Positions 28,162 through 37,339 of a DNA stretch of 64,000 nucleotides are shown here, piece after piece. Within the stretch, counting starts at the first letter, position 1, and every line of letters begins with the position of its first letter. The notes below the pieces were generated by a model, which made no database searches, was not told the origin of the DNA, and worked only from the letters and a program-made list of their open reading frames with translations. The DNA is taken from the IMG/VR virus record IMGVR_UViG_3300028920_000003, one strand, 5' to 3'. This stretch comes from a virus. The translations under genes and the position numbers were made by a program.

Positions 28162-28381
28162 CTCTTCTTCTAAGCTGGTTTTTTCTTCCCGGCTTCACTT
28201 TGAAGGTTCCAAACTTAAATAATCTGGTATCCTTGAAAGTATATGTCGCCTTGTCGCCTTCTTTCATTCGTTTAGAAGTGAATCTGAAAAAGGAGTAGAC
28301 GATATCGTCGATCTGCTTTATACTGAGATTCTCTTCTTCTGCGATCTTCCTAATAATAGCTCTTGTTCTGCTACTTCTCAT
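28073..28381 (-). CDS. HU/IHF-like DNA-binding protein
   Basis: The N-terminal ~75 aa resemble Bacteroidota HU-like proteins (..IRKIAEEENLS.KQIDDIV..F.......M..GD......FGTFKVK.GRKN). The C-terminal ~25 aa look like read-through into the next gene. Confidence 0.45.
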   Translation of the reverse strand: MRSSRTRAIIRKIAEEENLSIKQIDDIVYSFFRFTSKRMKEGDKATYTFKDTRLFKFGTFKVKPGRKNQLRRRDEKLNDYSKRSSDNLSGSSDDQRVQENLD

Positions 28382-28623
28382 TACTGACCTTCCTGATCCG
28401 CAATATATTGATCCAAACTTTTTTCATGTTCGGCATCTAACAACTTATCTACATCTTCGTCAAGAGCAGAGACTTTACTTTCAGTTTCTTCGATCTTTTT
28501 GACTTTCGCACCTGTAGAAGTTTCGATAAGCGCAAAATATAATCTGTTACCCTCAGATTGAATAATATACCTTCTGACACCTTTCTTATCTTTAGATAGG
28601 TATCTTTCAGCAATATCCTCCAT
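28381..28623 (-). CDS. small acidic hypothetical protein
   Basis: I trimmed the 151-aa ORF-track call to the ATG at complement 28621-28623 (MEDIAERYL...). This ATG lies 4 nt after the stop of the upstream gene. The longer version overlaps that gene by about 200 nt. Confidence 0.35.
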   Translation of the reverse strand: MEDIAERYLSKDKKGVRRYIIQSEGNRLYFALIETSTGAKVKKIEETESKVSALDEDVDKLLDAEHEKSLDQYIADQEGQ

Positions 28624-28627
28624 ATTT

Positions 28628-29035
28628 TCAATTGCCCTCTGCTTTTCCTGTGGCGTTACTTGGTATACCTTCAGGAATAATGGAGTTTCCCCTGAACTTA
28701 AAGGTAATTTCCTTATGTTGGAGATATTTGAACTTGTACTTAGGATTAACTTCATTTTTAGTAAGAAGATTATGTTGTCTGAGTTCCTTATATATATTGT
28801 ACAGATTCGCTTTAGAGATTCCCACCGAAGAAGCAATTTCTTCTTTTACACGATAATCGAACAGTTTCTCAGGTGGCTCATTTCTTTCTTCGATGAGATG
28901 AAGTTGATAGAGCAATGCACCAAAGACATCTCTCTCCCTCTTTCTCAACGTGTCAAATGGAGCAAATACCCTCAACACCTCGATTAACTGGTGAAAATAT
29001 TTCTCCGGTTCAGTAACAATATCAAATTTCAGCAT
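28628..29035 (-). CDS. winged-helix/HTH DNA-binding protein
   Basis: 135 aa. VGISKANLYNIYKELRQHNLL looks like a helix-turn-helix recognition unit. Confidence 0.45.
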   Translation of the reverse strand: MLKFDIVTEPEKYFHQLIEVLRVFAPFDTLRKRERDVFGALLYQLHLIEERNEPPEKLFDYRVKEEIASSVGISKANLYNIYKELRQHNLLTKNEVNPKYKFKYLQHKEITFKFRGNSIIPEGIPSNATGKAEGN

Positions 29036-29430
29036 CAGTTCAGATTGATCTTATTCAATCGTCCCTTACTGAACGGGCGTTTCAAGATATTATCAGATTC
29101 TTCTTTCTGACTCATCATCTTGATCATAACATTATTTGTTAGAAATGTTGTACCAAGTACAATGAAATCTGAAAGAACGGAACCTACAAAATCAGATTCA
29201 ATATCGAAAAAAGCCTCCCCTTCTCCTAGCCTTCTCGATTTCTGATAAAGTACCTTGAAAGCAGGTGATGACATTTTAAAGACAAGGTACTTTCTGCTAG
29301 TATCTTTGTCTTCACCTTCAAAGTAACTAACAGAGATACCAAGGGCAGGAGGAAATGATTTTTGGATCAAGAGTTTGATCTGATCAATCATCTCGTTGCC
29401 TCTATTCTTTATTTTTATCACCTCACCCAT
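29035..29430 (-). CDS. hypothetical protein
   Basis: 131-aa ORF. Its stop and the downstream start share 1 nt. Confidence 0.45.
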   Translation of the reverse strand: MGEVIKIKNRGNEMIDQIKLLIQKSFPPALGISVSYFEGEDKDTSRKYLVFKMSSPAFKVLYQKSRRLGEGEAFFDIESDFVGSVLSDFIVLGTTFLTNNVMIKMMSQKEESDNILKRPFSKGRLNKINLN

Positions 29431-29450
29431 TTCAGTAAAGGTACGACATT

Positions 29451-29840
29451 TTACTTAGCCCGTGGTTGTCCCTGCTCAGGGATAATGATTTTGGGCTTTT
29501 CCTGTTCAGGTGCAGGAATCTTCTTCGCCACTTCCTTCTTCTTCTTAGCTGCCTCTTTTCTAAGGTTTTCAACCTCTTGCTTTCGTTTGGCTGCTTCTTG
29601 TGCCAACACTTCCTGTTCTTCGTTGTCGAGTTGTTCGAGCTTCTCTCGAAGATCAAACCACTCACGTTTCGCATGATAATAACGAATGTTAAGTTCAAGT
29701 TCTTCAACCTGAAGCTTCTTCAGATCGTTACCTTCACGTAAACGCTTTTTGTAGTCAGCAAGGTCCATTGCTTGCCTTTTACGAAATTCCTTTTCAGCCT
29801 TAGCTTGCTGATCGGGAGTCATCTTTGCTTCCTCGCTCAT
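29451..29840 (-). CDS. Lys/Glu-rich coiled-coil protein
   Basis: 129 aa, strongly charged and helical. Confidence 0.45.
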   Translation of the reverse strand: MSEEAKMTPDQQAKAEKEFRKRQAMDLADYKKRLREGNDLKKLQVEELELNIRYYHAKREWFDLREKLEQLDNEEQEVLAQEAAKRKQEVENLRKEAAKKKKEVAKKIPAPEQEKPKIIIPEQGQPRAK

Positions 29841-29850
29841 TTTTAGCCTT

Positions 29851-30105
29851 TTAATAGTTAAACTTATTTGGATTCTTACTTATCGTTTTGTTCTGATAGT
29901 TCTTGGCATTCTCTGCCTTAAAATAAGGAACGACAATGTTTCCGCTTTCCTTTACCACCTCCCGTTGCCTACCACATTTTGAGCAGTTAGCTTCTTCAGC
30001 TTCAAGTCGCATCGTCTTGTCGTTCCATATAAACCTAACATGAGGTATTAACTCTTCAATACCATAACATTCGCATTCTGGATCATTACATTTGAATCTT
30101 GGCAT
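29851..30105 (-). CDS. zinc-ribbon protein
   Basis: Trimmed to the ATG at complement 30103-30105 (MPRFKCNDPECECYG...CSKCG). It has two Cys pairs. The longer ORF-track version overlaps the upstream gene extensively. Confidence 0.4.
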   Translation of the reverse strand: MPRFKCNDPECECYGIEELIPHVRFIWNDKTMRLEAEEANCSKCGRQREVVKESGNIVVPYFKAENAKNYQNKTISKNPNKFNY

Positions 30106-30439
30106 CGTCAATGTATTTTTTCCATTTATATATTTCCTTACTCCTTTGAATACGAGGATTTTCGTGACGCTTTCTGAACTCAGTAGCAATCTTTCGTTTG
30201 TAAGAGTCAATCCTCTTATCAATATCCTCAATAGGAAATACACGCTCAGTAAAGTTCTCAAACCCATATTTACTGGTGATCATAAACCTTACACGCACTT
30301 CCTTTCCATCACTGGTAACACCAGCAGTCCTCCAAGTAGAGAGGAACTTGGAATAGAATCTTACAAGCCTGTCAAGGTAAATAAGCTTAACTACAACAGG
30401 CTCATCGAGAATACTGATTAAACGAAATACTTTATCCAT
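30086..30439 (-). CDS. hypothetical protein (first gene of the minus-strand regulator/packaging operon)
   Basis: 117-aa ORF just downstream of a TAACTTTG -7 box. Confidence 0.45.
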   Translation of the reverse strand: MDKVFRLISILDEPVVVKLIYLDRLVRFYSKFLSTWRTAGVTSDGKEVRVRFMITSKYGFENFTERVFPIEDIDKRIDSYKRKIATEFRKRHENPRIQRSKEIYKWKKYIDDAKIQM

Positions 30440-30456
30440 AACATTTAATGTTAGGT

Positions 30457-30464
30457 CAAAGTTA
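30457..30464 (-). promoter_or_regulatory. candidate Bacteroidota-type -7 promoter box (TAACTTTG)
   Basis: The minus strand reads TAACTTTG (matches TAnnTTTG) 17 nt upstream of the ATG at 30439 and just downstream of the terminator at 30481-30510. The -33 element is imperfect (TTTC). Confidence 0.35.
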
Positions 30465-30480
30465 TGAAAAAATATTATAC

Positions 30481-30510
30481 GAAAAAAGCCCCTCTAGAAC
30501 AGAGAGGCTT
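30481..30510 (-). terminator. rho-independent terminator after the 543-aa fibre-like gene
   Basis: Minus-strand RNA folds as AGCCUCUCU-GUUC-UAGAGGGGCU followed by U6. The pairing is better on the minus-strand transcript than on the plus. Confidence 0.7.
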
Positions 30511-30568
30511 TCATCATGAGAAAACTCGATTGTGACAAGCAAGAAGTTCAGTTCAAATATACAACTTT

Positions 30569-32200
30569 TTAAATAGCTCTGTCAATACTTTCATACATAC
30601 TTATCAGATACCAGTAACTTGTATCCCAATATAGGATGAAAGCTACATATTCACTTCGATCAGAACCTAGACCATTACTTGTTGCATAGGATGCAATAGT
30701 ATTGTTTGAATTCGATCTAATATTTAGAGTTATGTTAGCGGTACTGATACCACTCATCCTGAGTCTTGCATAAATTGTAACTTGTTTTGTTTTTCCCTGA
30801 GACTCAATACCATCAAGATCAACATTATAAGTATGCCTGTAACTTCCAAAAAAAGTACTGTTCTCATAATAGCAATTCATATAATCAAAATTGCTAGTAA
30901 TTGAACGGTTAAAGACAAGGTTTACAGGAGAATTACTTACATTCACATCTGTTTCATGATAATCACCGGGGTCTAAGATTATCTTTCCTGTAGTGTCTAC
31001 ACCAATTAACTGAGTTCCTGATCCTGCAAGAGCTGAGAGATATACTTCATTAGAAGCATCTATCTCAATAGCACCTGTAGTTGTAAAATTACTTCCTGAT
31101 GTAAGCTTAACTCTACCTGTGGACGAATCGTATCCTACCAAACCTTCAGTAGTATTACTCTCTCTGAAAGCTATATACGAATCATATCCTGCACCAGCTT
31201 TTATCATTATACTCGAACCCCTATCAAGAGAATTAACATATAATGTTTGAAACTGACCTGTTGGAGTATTGAACTCAGTATAATTAGCTCTCATCCTCAT
31301 TTTATCAAAAGCAGTGAATGCTGCTGCTCCGGGTGTACCGCTAGGGTTCTGCTGAATATTAAATGAAGTACCAGACTCATCACTACCAATCATCCACTTG
31401 GGAGTAGAACTTTCTGTAAATTGTATTGCTGCATCATAATTTGTTCTGGATGCAACCTCGATTATAGCTGTATATGATTGTGGAGAATAGAATCTTGCAA
31501 CTTGCCCATAATCACGACTTTGATTATTAACATAGAGATGCCAATCTGCATTAGAAGCATGTGACCTTCCAACATTGACTATACCGCTTGTGTCGATTCT
31601 GAACCATTCTTCAAGACCTACAACTATACCAACATAACTTCCAAATCCACCTCCACCACCACGATGAAACACTATTCCAGATTCCATAACAGCAGTGGTA
31701 TTCGGATTTGTTTCAAATGTAAGACCTATTTCATAAGCAGGTTGAGTATTGTTATGGCGCATTATCAGATCAAAATTATTATTAACCTGCGCACTTCTTG
31801 TTCTAAAAAATACAGGTTCAGCATTCAACGGAATTACATCCATCATAACAGTAGGATTCGCATTATTTAATCCTAATCTTGGATTATTTCCAGTAAGTGC
31901 AAGTCCATCAGTATCAGTGAAACGCATATAATTCTCATTACCTACTGCACCTAATTTTATACGAAATATGTCATCAGAATACGTTAGTTGACTGCTATTG
32001 TCATTCAACTCAATTCCACCTGCGGTTTGAGTGATCTTGTCATCTATCTGAACCGTACTGAAGAACCTTGAAGCACCGACAGCCTGAAACGTACCACCAA
32101 TCGAAGAATCTCCACCAGTATAAATACCGTATAGACCTTGTACAATGATGTCACCATCAAGGATTTCCATCCCTCCGTGAACTACTCTTTTAGTCAGCAT
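30569..32200 (-). CDS. tail fibre-like protein, paralogous to the distal half of the 1392-aa fibre
   Basis: 543 aa. IAFRESNTTEGLVGYDSSTGRVKLTSGSNFTTTGAIEID resembles IYFRQDTSTRFIIGYDDTTNVFQIHSSTSFTTSLATVDF in the 1392-aa protein. No S74 domain. Confidence 0.55.
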   Translation of the reverse strand: MLTKRVVHGGMEILDGDIIVQGLYGIYTGGDSSIGGTFQAVGASRFFSTVQIDDKITQTAGGIELNDNSSQLTYSDDIFRIKLGAVGNENYMRFTDTDGLALTGNNPRLGLNNANPTVMMDVIPLNAEPVFFRTRSAQVNNNFDLIMRHNNTQPAYEIGLTFETNPNTTAVMESGIVFHRGGGGGFGSYVGIVVGLEEWFRIDTSGIVNVGRSHASNADWHLYVNNQSRDYGQVARFYSPQSYTAIIEVASRTNYDAAIQFTESSTPKWMIGSDESGTSFNIQQNPSGTPGAAAFTAFDKMRMRANYTEFNTPTGQFQTLYVNSLDRGSSIMIKAGAGYDSYIAFRESNTTEGLVGYDSSTGRVKLTSGSNFTTTGAIEIDASNEVYLSALAGSGTQLIGVDTTGKIILDPGDYHETDVNVSNSPVNLVFNRSITSNFDYMNCYYENSTFFGSYRHTYNVDLDGIESQGKTKQVTIYARLRMSGISTANITLNIRSNSNNTIASYATSNGLGSDRSEYVAFILYWDTSYWYLISMYESIDRAI

Positions 32201-32684
32201 GTTTCAAAGTTTTTACGATGTTATAAACAAATTGCATATTGGTTGATCCATTGTTAGTAAGTCGCATAATCAGATTGCCACCTACTACACTTATCAGAAA
32301 ACTGATACCAACGCTGGTAGTTCCGGAAAATCCCTGTCCATGATTGGTACACTCTCTTGTCCAGCTAAGTGCTGGTTTGTTTGCGTGTTCAGAAGAGTTA
32401 TTAACCTCAAGGGTTCCTGTCTCATCATACTGCGCACCAATCGGAGAAGAATTCGGAAAAGTAGCTTTGTAGTTTATAGTACAAGCATCTATCTCTTCAG
32501 ACGGACCAAGTACTATGTCAGTAGTTTGACCCCAAGGAAGAGGTGTGGGAAGGCTTATTCCAGTTTGTCTTTCTACTATCGCTTCTCTTAGCAAGTTCAA
32601 ATGATACCCTCTTGCTATAAACGTATCATGCTGATCTTTGTAGGGATAGTTGACATTCTTAAACACGGGAGGTAAATCTGCCAT
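32190..32684 (-). CDS. hypothetical protein co-transcribed with the 543-aa fibre-like gene
   Basis: 164-aa ORF that overlaps the downstream gene by 11 nt. A full TTTG-N20-TACATTTG promoter precedes it. Confidence 0.45.
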   Translation of the reverse strand: MADLPPVFKNVNYPYKDQHDTFIARGYHLNLLREAIVERQTGISLPTPLPWGQTTDIVLGPSEEIDACTINYKATFPNSSPIGAQYDETGTLEVNNSSEHANKPALSWTRECTNHGQGFSGTTSVGISFLISVVGGNLIMRLTNNGSTNMQFVYNIVKTLKHAD

Positions 32685-32721
32685 ATCTTTAAATTTTTAT
32701 GTCTAGGGTAATATTTCTCAT

Positions 32722-32753
32722 CAAATGTACAAAATAATCATACCTGCATCAAA
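32722..32753 (-). promoter_or_regulatory. candidate Bacteroidota sigma-A promoter (TTTG-N20-TACATTTG)
   Basis: The minus strand reads TTTG (32750-32753), a 20-nt spacer, then TACATTTG (32722-32729). This lies about 38 nt upstream of the ATG at 32684 and matches the -33/-7 consensus TTTG / TAnnTTTG. Confidence 0.45.
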
Positions 32754-32947
32754 CGCTCATGAAACCTGAGACAATAGAAGAAAGCAGGAAGATCGCTTCA
32801 TCACTAGGATAGGTAGGGACTTGATTCTTTAAAAAATAATATCTAACTTCGTCAGATCACTATCACACGGAATTACCCACGCCTGTTCTTTTTCTTTGCT
32901 TCTTTCTTTTTCTTATAAAAAGCAAAAATACCCTCTCTCATGTTCTA

Positions 32948-33400
32948 TTACCTCTTATACAGATACGTCATGTACTCCTTATTCTCACCGTTATGCCTCA
33001 CAATATACTTACGGTTGTCGGCAGTCGAGATAAACACAGGGAATATTTCGTTCGTCCGATAAACAAACGCAAACTCGACATCCTCCGCAGTAGAGCGTAT
33101 ATCCACGTCAAACGCTGCGCCTTCTTCTGTTACATAGTACCACTCTAGGGTATCATCATCATCTGTCATAACCCTGAACATCTCCCACACCATTTCATGA
33201 TGGTGAGCAGACTCTTTAAGAAAGACTTGAAATACACTGTCTGACTTGAAGAGTTTTTCTATTTCTGCCGGTGCTTGAAATACAGCCTTAAATCCACCTA
33301 TCGTCTTTGTAAGAGAAACTCCAAAGACCAGCATAAGCAGCGTAGAGAGTGTTGTAAGATAAGTGACAACCTCTTTAAGGTTCGGCTTTTTAATCTGCAT
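32948..33400 (-). CDS. membrane-anchored hypothetical protein
   Basis: 150 aa. N-terminal hydrophobic helix VVTYLTTLSTLLMLVFGVSL. A stand-alone gene in the divergent control region. Confidence 0.45.
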   Translation of the reverse strand: MQIKKPNLKEVVTYLTTLSTLLMLVFGVSLTKTIGGFKAVFQAPAEIEKLFKSDSVFQVFLKESAHHHEMVWEMFRVMTDDDDTLEWYYVTEEGAAFDVDIRSTAEDVEFAFVYRTNEIFPVFISTADNRKYIVRHNGENKEYMTYLYKR

Positions 33401-33603
33401 GAATGCAAGTTACAATATTTTTTTTGGAAAAAATTTTTAGTCGGGTCATAACGAAAGCGTGGACCCTTTTCCATTTTTAGAATTTTTATAGGGACTCGAA
33501 AGAGTGGACTATTTCACAATAACCCCCACTAATTTTTGAGAGTTTGGGTTGTACCCGGCTCTTAATTTGGTAAACGTTTTTTGTTAATTAAATACTAGAA
33601 ATC

Positions 33604-33906
33604 ATGGCAAATGTAGTTAAAGGTAATGTTATTAATGAGGTCAGCAAGCGAAACAAAAACGGTGAAGCTGGAATCATGTTCGTTTTGGATGTGAGCTTCC
33701 CCGAAAAACATCCGCTTGCTGGTAAGCCTGTATGTAAGTGGTATCCTGCTGATGGGCTAGACCTCATGAAAACCAGTAAGAAAGGCTGGTCTGTCGAATT
33801 CACTGAGGACGGTGCTTATGTGAACAAACCCTTAATCGACTTCTTTGATGTGAGGGACTATGAGATTCAAAAGCTGGCTGAGGTTGGCTTAAGTCCTCAG
33901 TTCTAA
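33604..33906 (+). CDS. hypothetical early protein
   Basis: 100-aa ORF, first gene of the plus arm. A strong terminator follows, making it a single-gene cassette. Confidence 0.5.
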   Translation: MANVVKGNVINEVSKRNKNGEAGIMFVLDVSFPEKHPLAGKPVCKWYPADGLDLMKTSKKGWSVEFTEDGAYVNKPLIDFFDVRDYEIQKLAEVGLSPQF

Positions 33907-33913
33907 TCCTGTT

Positions 33914-33957
33914 ACACCTGATCCAGGCTGCTGTCGCAGCTTGGACAGGTGTTTTTA
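33914..33957 (+). terminator. rho-independent terminator
   Basis: ACACCTG-a-TCCA-g-GCTGC tgtc GCAGC-t-TGGA-CAGGTGT followed by TTTTT. Confidence 0.8.
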
Positions 33958-34117
33958 TAGTGACAGTTATAGATACAATGACATTGCAATAGCTGTAAGT
34001 AGCTCATGATCAGGTGACTATACTCAACCCCGTTTATCAAGCACTTTATAGACTTTATCACAATCGAATAAATCTTAACTAATATAGCTTTTACATTACA
34101 AATCAACATTTAAAATC

Positions 34118-34576
34118 ATGGCAAAAGAAATGACATTTGACAAAGCAATGCGTAAGATCGCAAAGCTTAAAAAGCAAGAATTGGAATTGGATGATACCAT
34201 TAACGAAATTGGAGACACCAAAATCCGTAACAGTTCATTTGAAAGTTCCGATGACAACCGTATTATGTACAATATTGCAATGCTCTCTACAATGGTTGAC
34301 CATGCAAGAGAGATATTTGCCGGTACACTCTCTGAAAAGCAAATGAGTGAGCATCTGAACCACTGCGTTGAACAAAACGTTGTCCATAAGCTCATGTTAG
34401 CTCAGTTGTACCTGAAATCCAAGGTGAAACGTGAAATTGTCCGTGAGAAGATTATGGCTCTGGATTCCTATGTGAATACCTTTCCAAAAGGTACACACGA
34501 TGAATACAAGCGTATACACATTGTAAACTCACTTCCGGACGATCTCTTTGAAGAGGACCATGAAATTACTACATAA
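34118..34576 (+). CDS. hypothetical early protein
   Basis: 152-aa helical ORF. Its stop and the next start share 1 nt. Confidence 0.5.
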   Translation: MAKEMTFDKAMRKIAKLKKQELELDDTINEIGDTKIRNSSFESSDDNRIMYNIAMLSTMVDHAREIFAGTLSEKQMSEHLNHCVEQNVVHKLMLAQLYLKSKVKREIVREKIMALDSYVNTFPKGTHDEYKRIHIVNSLPDDLFEEDHEITT

Positions 34577-34911
34577 TGGAACGTAGAACTCTCGGAGATA
34601 AGATCAATAGAGGATTTACTGGTTTACTCATTGCAATTGGTTGCGTCATGATTATTCGTGGCGCAATCAAAGTTGCAATGCATAATCATCTGCCAGATTA
34701 TCCTGAATATATTCATGTTGAAAAACATGAAGAAGAGAAACTTCCTTGCATTGACGGTGTTCTTTGGAAAGATCACATTGCAAATCCTGAGAATCGAGAA
34801 TTTGTTGCTGAGGTTGCATTTAACCTCAACATACCTATAGACTCAGTTACACAAGAACAATTTAACAAGCGTTATGGAATCACCAGAAAACATGCGAGAA
34901 ACCCTAACTAA
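34576..34911 (+). CDS. membrane protein (one N-terminal TM helix)
   Basis: 111 aa with GFTGLLIAIGCVMIIRGAI. Confidence 0.5.
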   Translation: MERRTLGDKINRGFTGLLIAIGCVMIIRGAIKVAMHNHLPDYPEYIHVEKHEEEKLPCIDGVLWKDHIANPENREFVAEVAFNLNIPIDSVTQEQFNKRYGITRKHARNPN

Positions 34912-35122
34912 GGGTAAGATACTCACACCACTACCTATTGTATGTGTAGAATGTCATACATTGCATACTCTAAAAATAGATATGCGAGATTATGTAGATT
35001 GGAAAAAAGGAAAACATCTTCAGGTTGCATTCAATTATCTGGATGCTGCCGAAAGGGAACTGATCAAAACCGGCATTTGTGGAGAATGTTGGGATAAACT
35101 ATTCCCTGAGGAAGACGAATAG
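34874..35122 (+). CDS. zinc-ribbon protein
   Basis: 82 aa with CVECH...CGECW. The start could instead be the ATG at 34892. Confidence 0.45.
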   Translation: MESPENMRETLTKGKILTPLPIVCVECHTLHTLKIDMRDYVDWKKGKHLQVAFNYLDAAERELIKTGICGECWDKLFPEEDE

Positions 35123-35143
35123 CGTTCAACAAACGCTGGTTTG

Positions 35144-35188
35144 GGAGAGGAGACGGTACAAGGTGCTGATCTTCTCTCCTTTTTGTTT
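35144..35188 (+). terminator. rho-independent terminator
   Basis: GGAGAGGAGA...TCTTCTCTCC (10 bp, one G:U pair) followed by TTTTTGTTT. Confidence 0.75.
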
Positions 35189-35207
35189 AATTTAAAACTG
35201 TAGCGAT

Positions 35208-35702
35208 ATGAACTCAAGAACTTCAGAAGAACATTACAACCTTCTATGGGAAGGTATTAAAATGAGAATGACCGCAGATGGAATACTTCATCAAGTAATT
35301 GAAGAAATCAATACAATAGTAGATAATCTTTGTAGAGATCAATGTAAAGATCATGTAATCAAAGGTAAGTACAAAATGACCTATAGGTATCGTGGATCAA
35401 ACTGTGGTCTTTACTTTGGATCAGACATCCACGTTCCTATGTTCGACGAACCAACAACTCACATTGAAGTACATTTCTTAGCTAATCGTGATGTACTCAC
35501 TAAAGAAGAGAAATCTCGTCAGACTAAGAAAACAAGAGGATATGGTACTGGATCACATAATTATCTTTCAGATTGGGAACATAGACAAAAGAGACCTTTA
35601 TGGCTCAGTATTAAATATCAACTTAAGATTGTAGATATATTAAATGGAACATTTTATTTAAGTCTACCTGATACTGTTGAAGAAGCAATAAAAAATGGAT
35701 AA
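35208..35702 (+). CDS. hypothetical early protein
   Basis: 164-aa ORF. No motif recognised. Confidence 0.5.
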   Translation: MNSRTSEEHYNLLWEGIKMRMTADGILHQVIEEINTIVDNLCRDQCKDHVIKGKYKMTYRYRGSNCGLYFGSDIHVPMFDEPTTHIEVHFLANRDVLTKEEKSRQTKKTRGYGTGSHNYLSDWEHRQKRPLWLSIKYQLKIVDILNGTFYLSLPDTVEEAIKNG

Positions 35703-36099
35703 GTGGATACATACACTATCTAATGGACTGAGGGTTGCTAATTTTAGCTCTCCTCATCCATTTAGATTCACTGATGGTACAATTATACCTCCTGTTGACG
35801 CAGATTTGGCTATAAAATTGATGCTTGATGTGGACGAGACTTCACATCCTCAGCGTAGCAGTAAATTTAAGACTGTTTCGCTTGAATGGACACTCTCTGA
35901 ACGTTGTGCCGATGAAATTGATTATTGGTTTACGTTCTTTGCTATGAAAAAAGTCGATGTGGTACTTGTGCCACTACCTGTAATGACTGCACTTAAGAGC
36001 ATTTGGAACCAAAAAGACATTCTCAAATCACCATTTAGGGTGATAAGAGTTGCAGATCGCATTACTAAATCCATCCATATCGACAAGTTTTGTATTTAG
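35695..36099 (+). CDS. hypothetical early protein
   Basis: 134-aa ORF that overlaps the upstream gene by 8 nt. Confidence 0.5.
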   Translation: MDKWIHTLSNGLRVANFSSPHPFRFTDGTIIPPVDADLAIKLMLDVDETSHPQRSSKFKTVSLEWTLSERCADEIDYWFTFFAMKKVDVVLVPLPVMTALKSIWNQKDILKSPFRVIRVADRITKSIHIDKFCI

Positions 36100-36181
36100 T
36101 ACTCAGTAGCTTCTTCATACGAGTTAGGGAAAGTGGCTTTTCTTTAATAGAACTACTGGTCGCTGGTCTTTGGACTAGTGT

Positions 36182-36235
36182 GGGTGTAATGGGCAGATCG
36201 TCACCATACTTTCTGCCGTTACACCCTTTTTATTT
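36182..36235 (+). terminator. rho-independent terminator
   Basis: GGGTGTAA..GGCAG ... CTGCC.TTACACCC followed by TTTTTATTT. Confidence 0.75.
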
Positions 36236-36281
36236 GAGTAAACTTTCATAAAACAGATATTCTTAAACTAAAATTGGAATC

Positions 36282-37034
36282 ATGAGAAAAGATGACATTC
36301 AAGAAACCTTGGATTACGAAAGGTTTCATCGTTTACCTCACGGATTAAATAGGGAGCTGGACTATCGTCATACGTCCATCATGCGCCAATCCGTGTCACT
36401 ACATGGCAATAACCGTCTTGTCATAATTGTGAAAACTGACGTTATAGACGGTGTGATGCGTGAATATATTGCTGATGGACAACACCTTTTTGAGGCTCTT
36501 GTCACACTTGGTAAACATATCGTATTCAAGCATCAGATTGTTGGTACGAAAGAGCAGCTTGTAAAGTTCTTGACTGATATGAACAATACCTCAAAGCCTT
36601 GGACTCTGATGGATTACATCAAAGCTTGGGCTGAATTAACTGAGGATTATAAGCATTTGTACAGGAGCATAAATCGTTACGGTATCAAGCCTCAGGGTAT
36701 TGCTATGGTTGCGATGAATCTTCCTAACAGAGCTTCTATCGCACGTCTGATAAAGCTCGGCAGGTATCACATTGTGGATCGTTCTCGTTTTCGGACAATG
36801 ATGAATCATATCGTAGACCTGCTTTCAATCCCTGAACTTGGTCATGCTGCAACCGGATATCTTCCAAATCGGTTGATCGCAGCATTTATCAGGTTTTACA
36901 ACTCAACTCAGGACTACAATCATTTCGTGATCAAACAGCGTCTCACTGAGAATGCTGATATAATTAGAGGTGCATATAGTGCTGTAAATGAGTTAGAAAC
37001 TATCTTGGAAGAACGTATCTTTTATTTAGAGTAA
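36282..37034 (+). CDS. ParB/Srx-fold (ParB N-terminal nuclease-like) domain protein
   Basis: 250 aa. NNRLVIIVKTDVIDGVMREYIADGQHLFEAL resembles the ParB-N core (...idG.HR..A) with a DGQH variant. Confidence 0.45.
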   Translation: MRKDDIQETLDYERFHRLPHGLNRELDYRHTSIMRQSVSLHGNNRLVIIVKTDVIDGVMREYIADGQHLFEALVTLGKHIVFKHQIVGTKEQLVKFLTDMNNTSKPWTLMDYIKAWAELTEDYKHLYRSINRYGIKPQGIAMVAMNLPNRASIARLIKLGRYHIVDRSRFRTMMNHIVDLLSIPELGHAATGYLPNRLIAAFIRFYNSTQDYNHFVIKQRLTENADIIRGAYSAVNELETILEERIFYLE

Positions 37035-37036
37035 TT

Positions 37037-37336
37037 ATGAAAACCATCTTAGTAGTTTATTCTAACGAGAGGGTTGACGCATCCACCACAAAGTTGAAAA
37101 GGTATGCTTTCAATACTGAAGCCGATGTAGAAGTCGGTGATGTATTGGGATCAAATGCCTATGATACGATGATGGTAGTTGTCAAGGTGTTAGAGGAGAA
37201 ATTCAACTTCTACAACGCTTCGACAGGTGAATTATCTAAAGATTTGAAGAATACCAAAGCCTTTGAGATTAAAACCTTAAAGATTGTGGATGGCTTCGAG
37301 GACGTAGTATATGCAACCAAAGTTTCCGTCGACTAA
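37037..37336 (+). CDS. hypothetical protein
   Basis: 99-aa ORF, 2 nt after the upstream stop. Confidence 0.5.
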   Translation: MKTILVVYSNERVDASTTKLKRYAFNTEADVEVGDVLGSNAYDTMMVVVKVLEEKFNFYNASTGELSKDLKNTKAFEIKTLKIVDGFEDVVYATKVSVD

Positions 37337-37339
37337 CAG

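Noticed and set aside
28381-28836. Full 151-aa version of the ORF overlapping the HTH gene by about 200 nt
   Set aside because: The N-terminal half looks like an out-of-frame translation of the neighbouring gene. An ATG 4 nt after that gene's stop gives a compact 80-aa product.
33401-33603. Attempt to assign a TAnnTTTG-type promoter for the first plus-strand gene
   Set aside because: Only near-matches are present (TAATTTGG, TAATTTTTG). None fits the consensus, so I make no promoter call.
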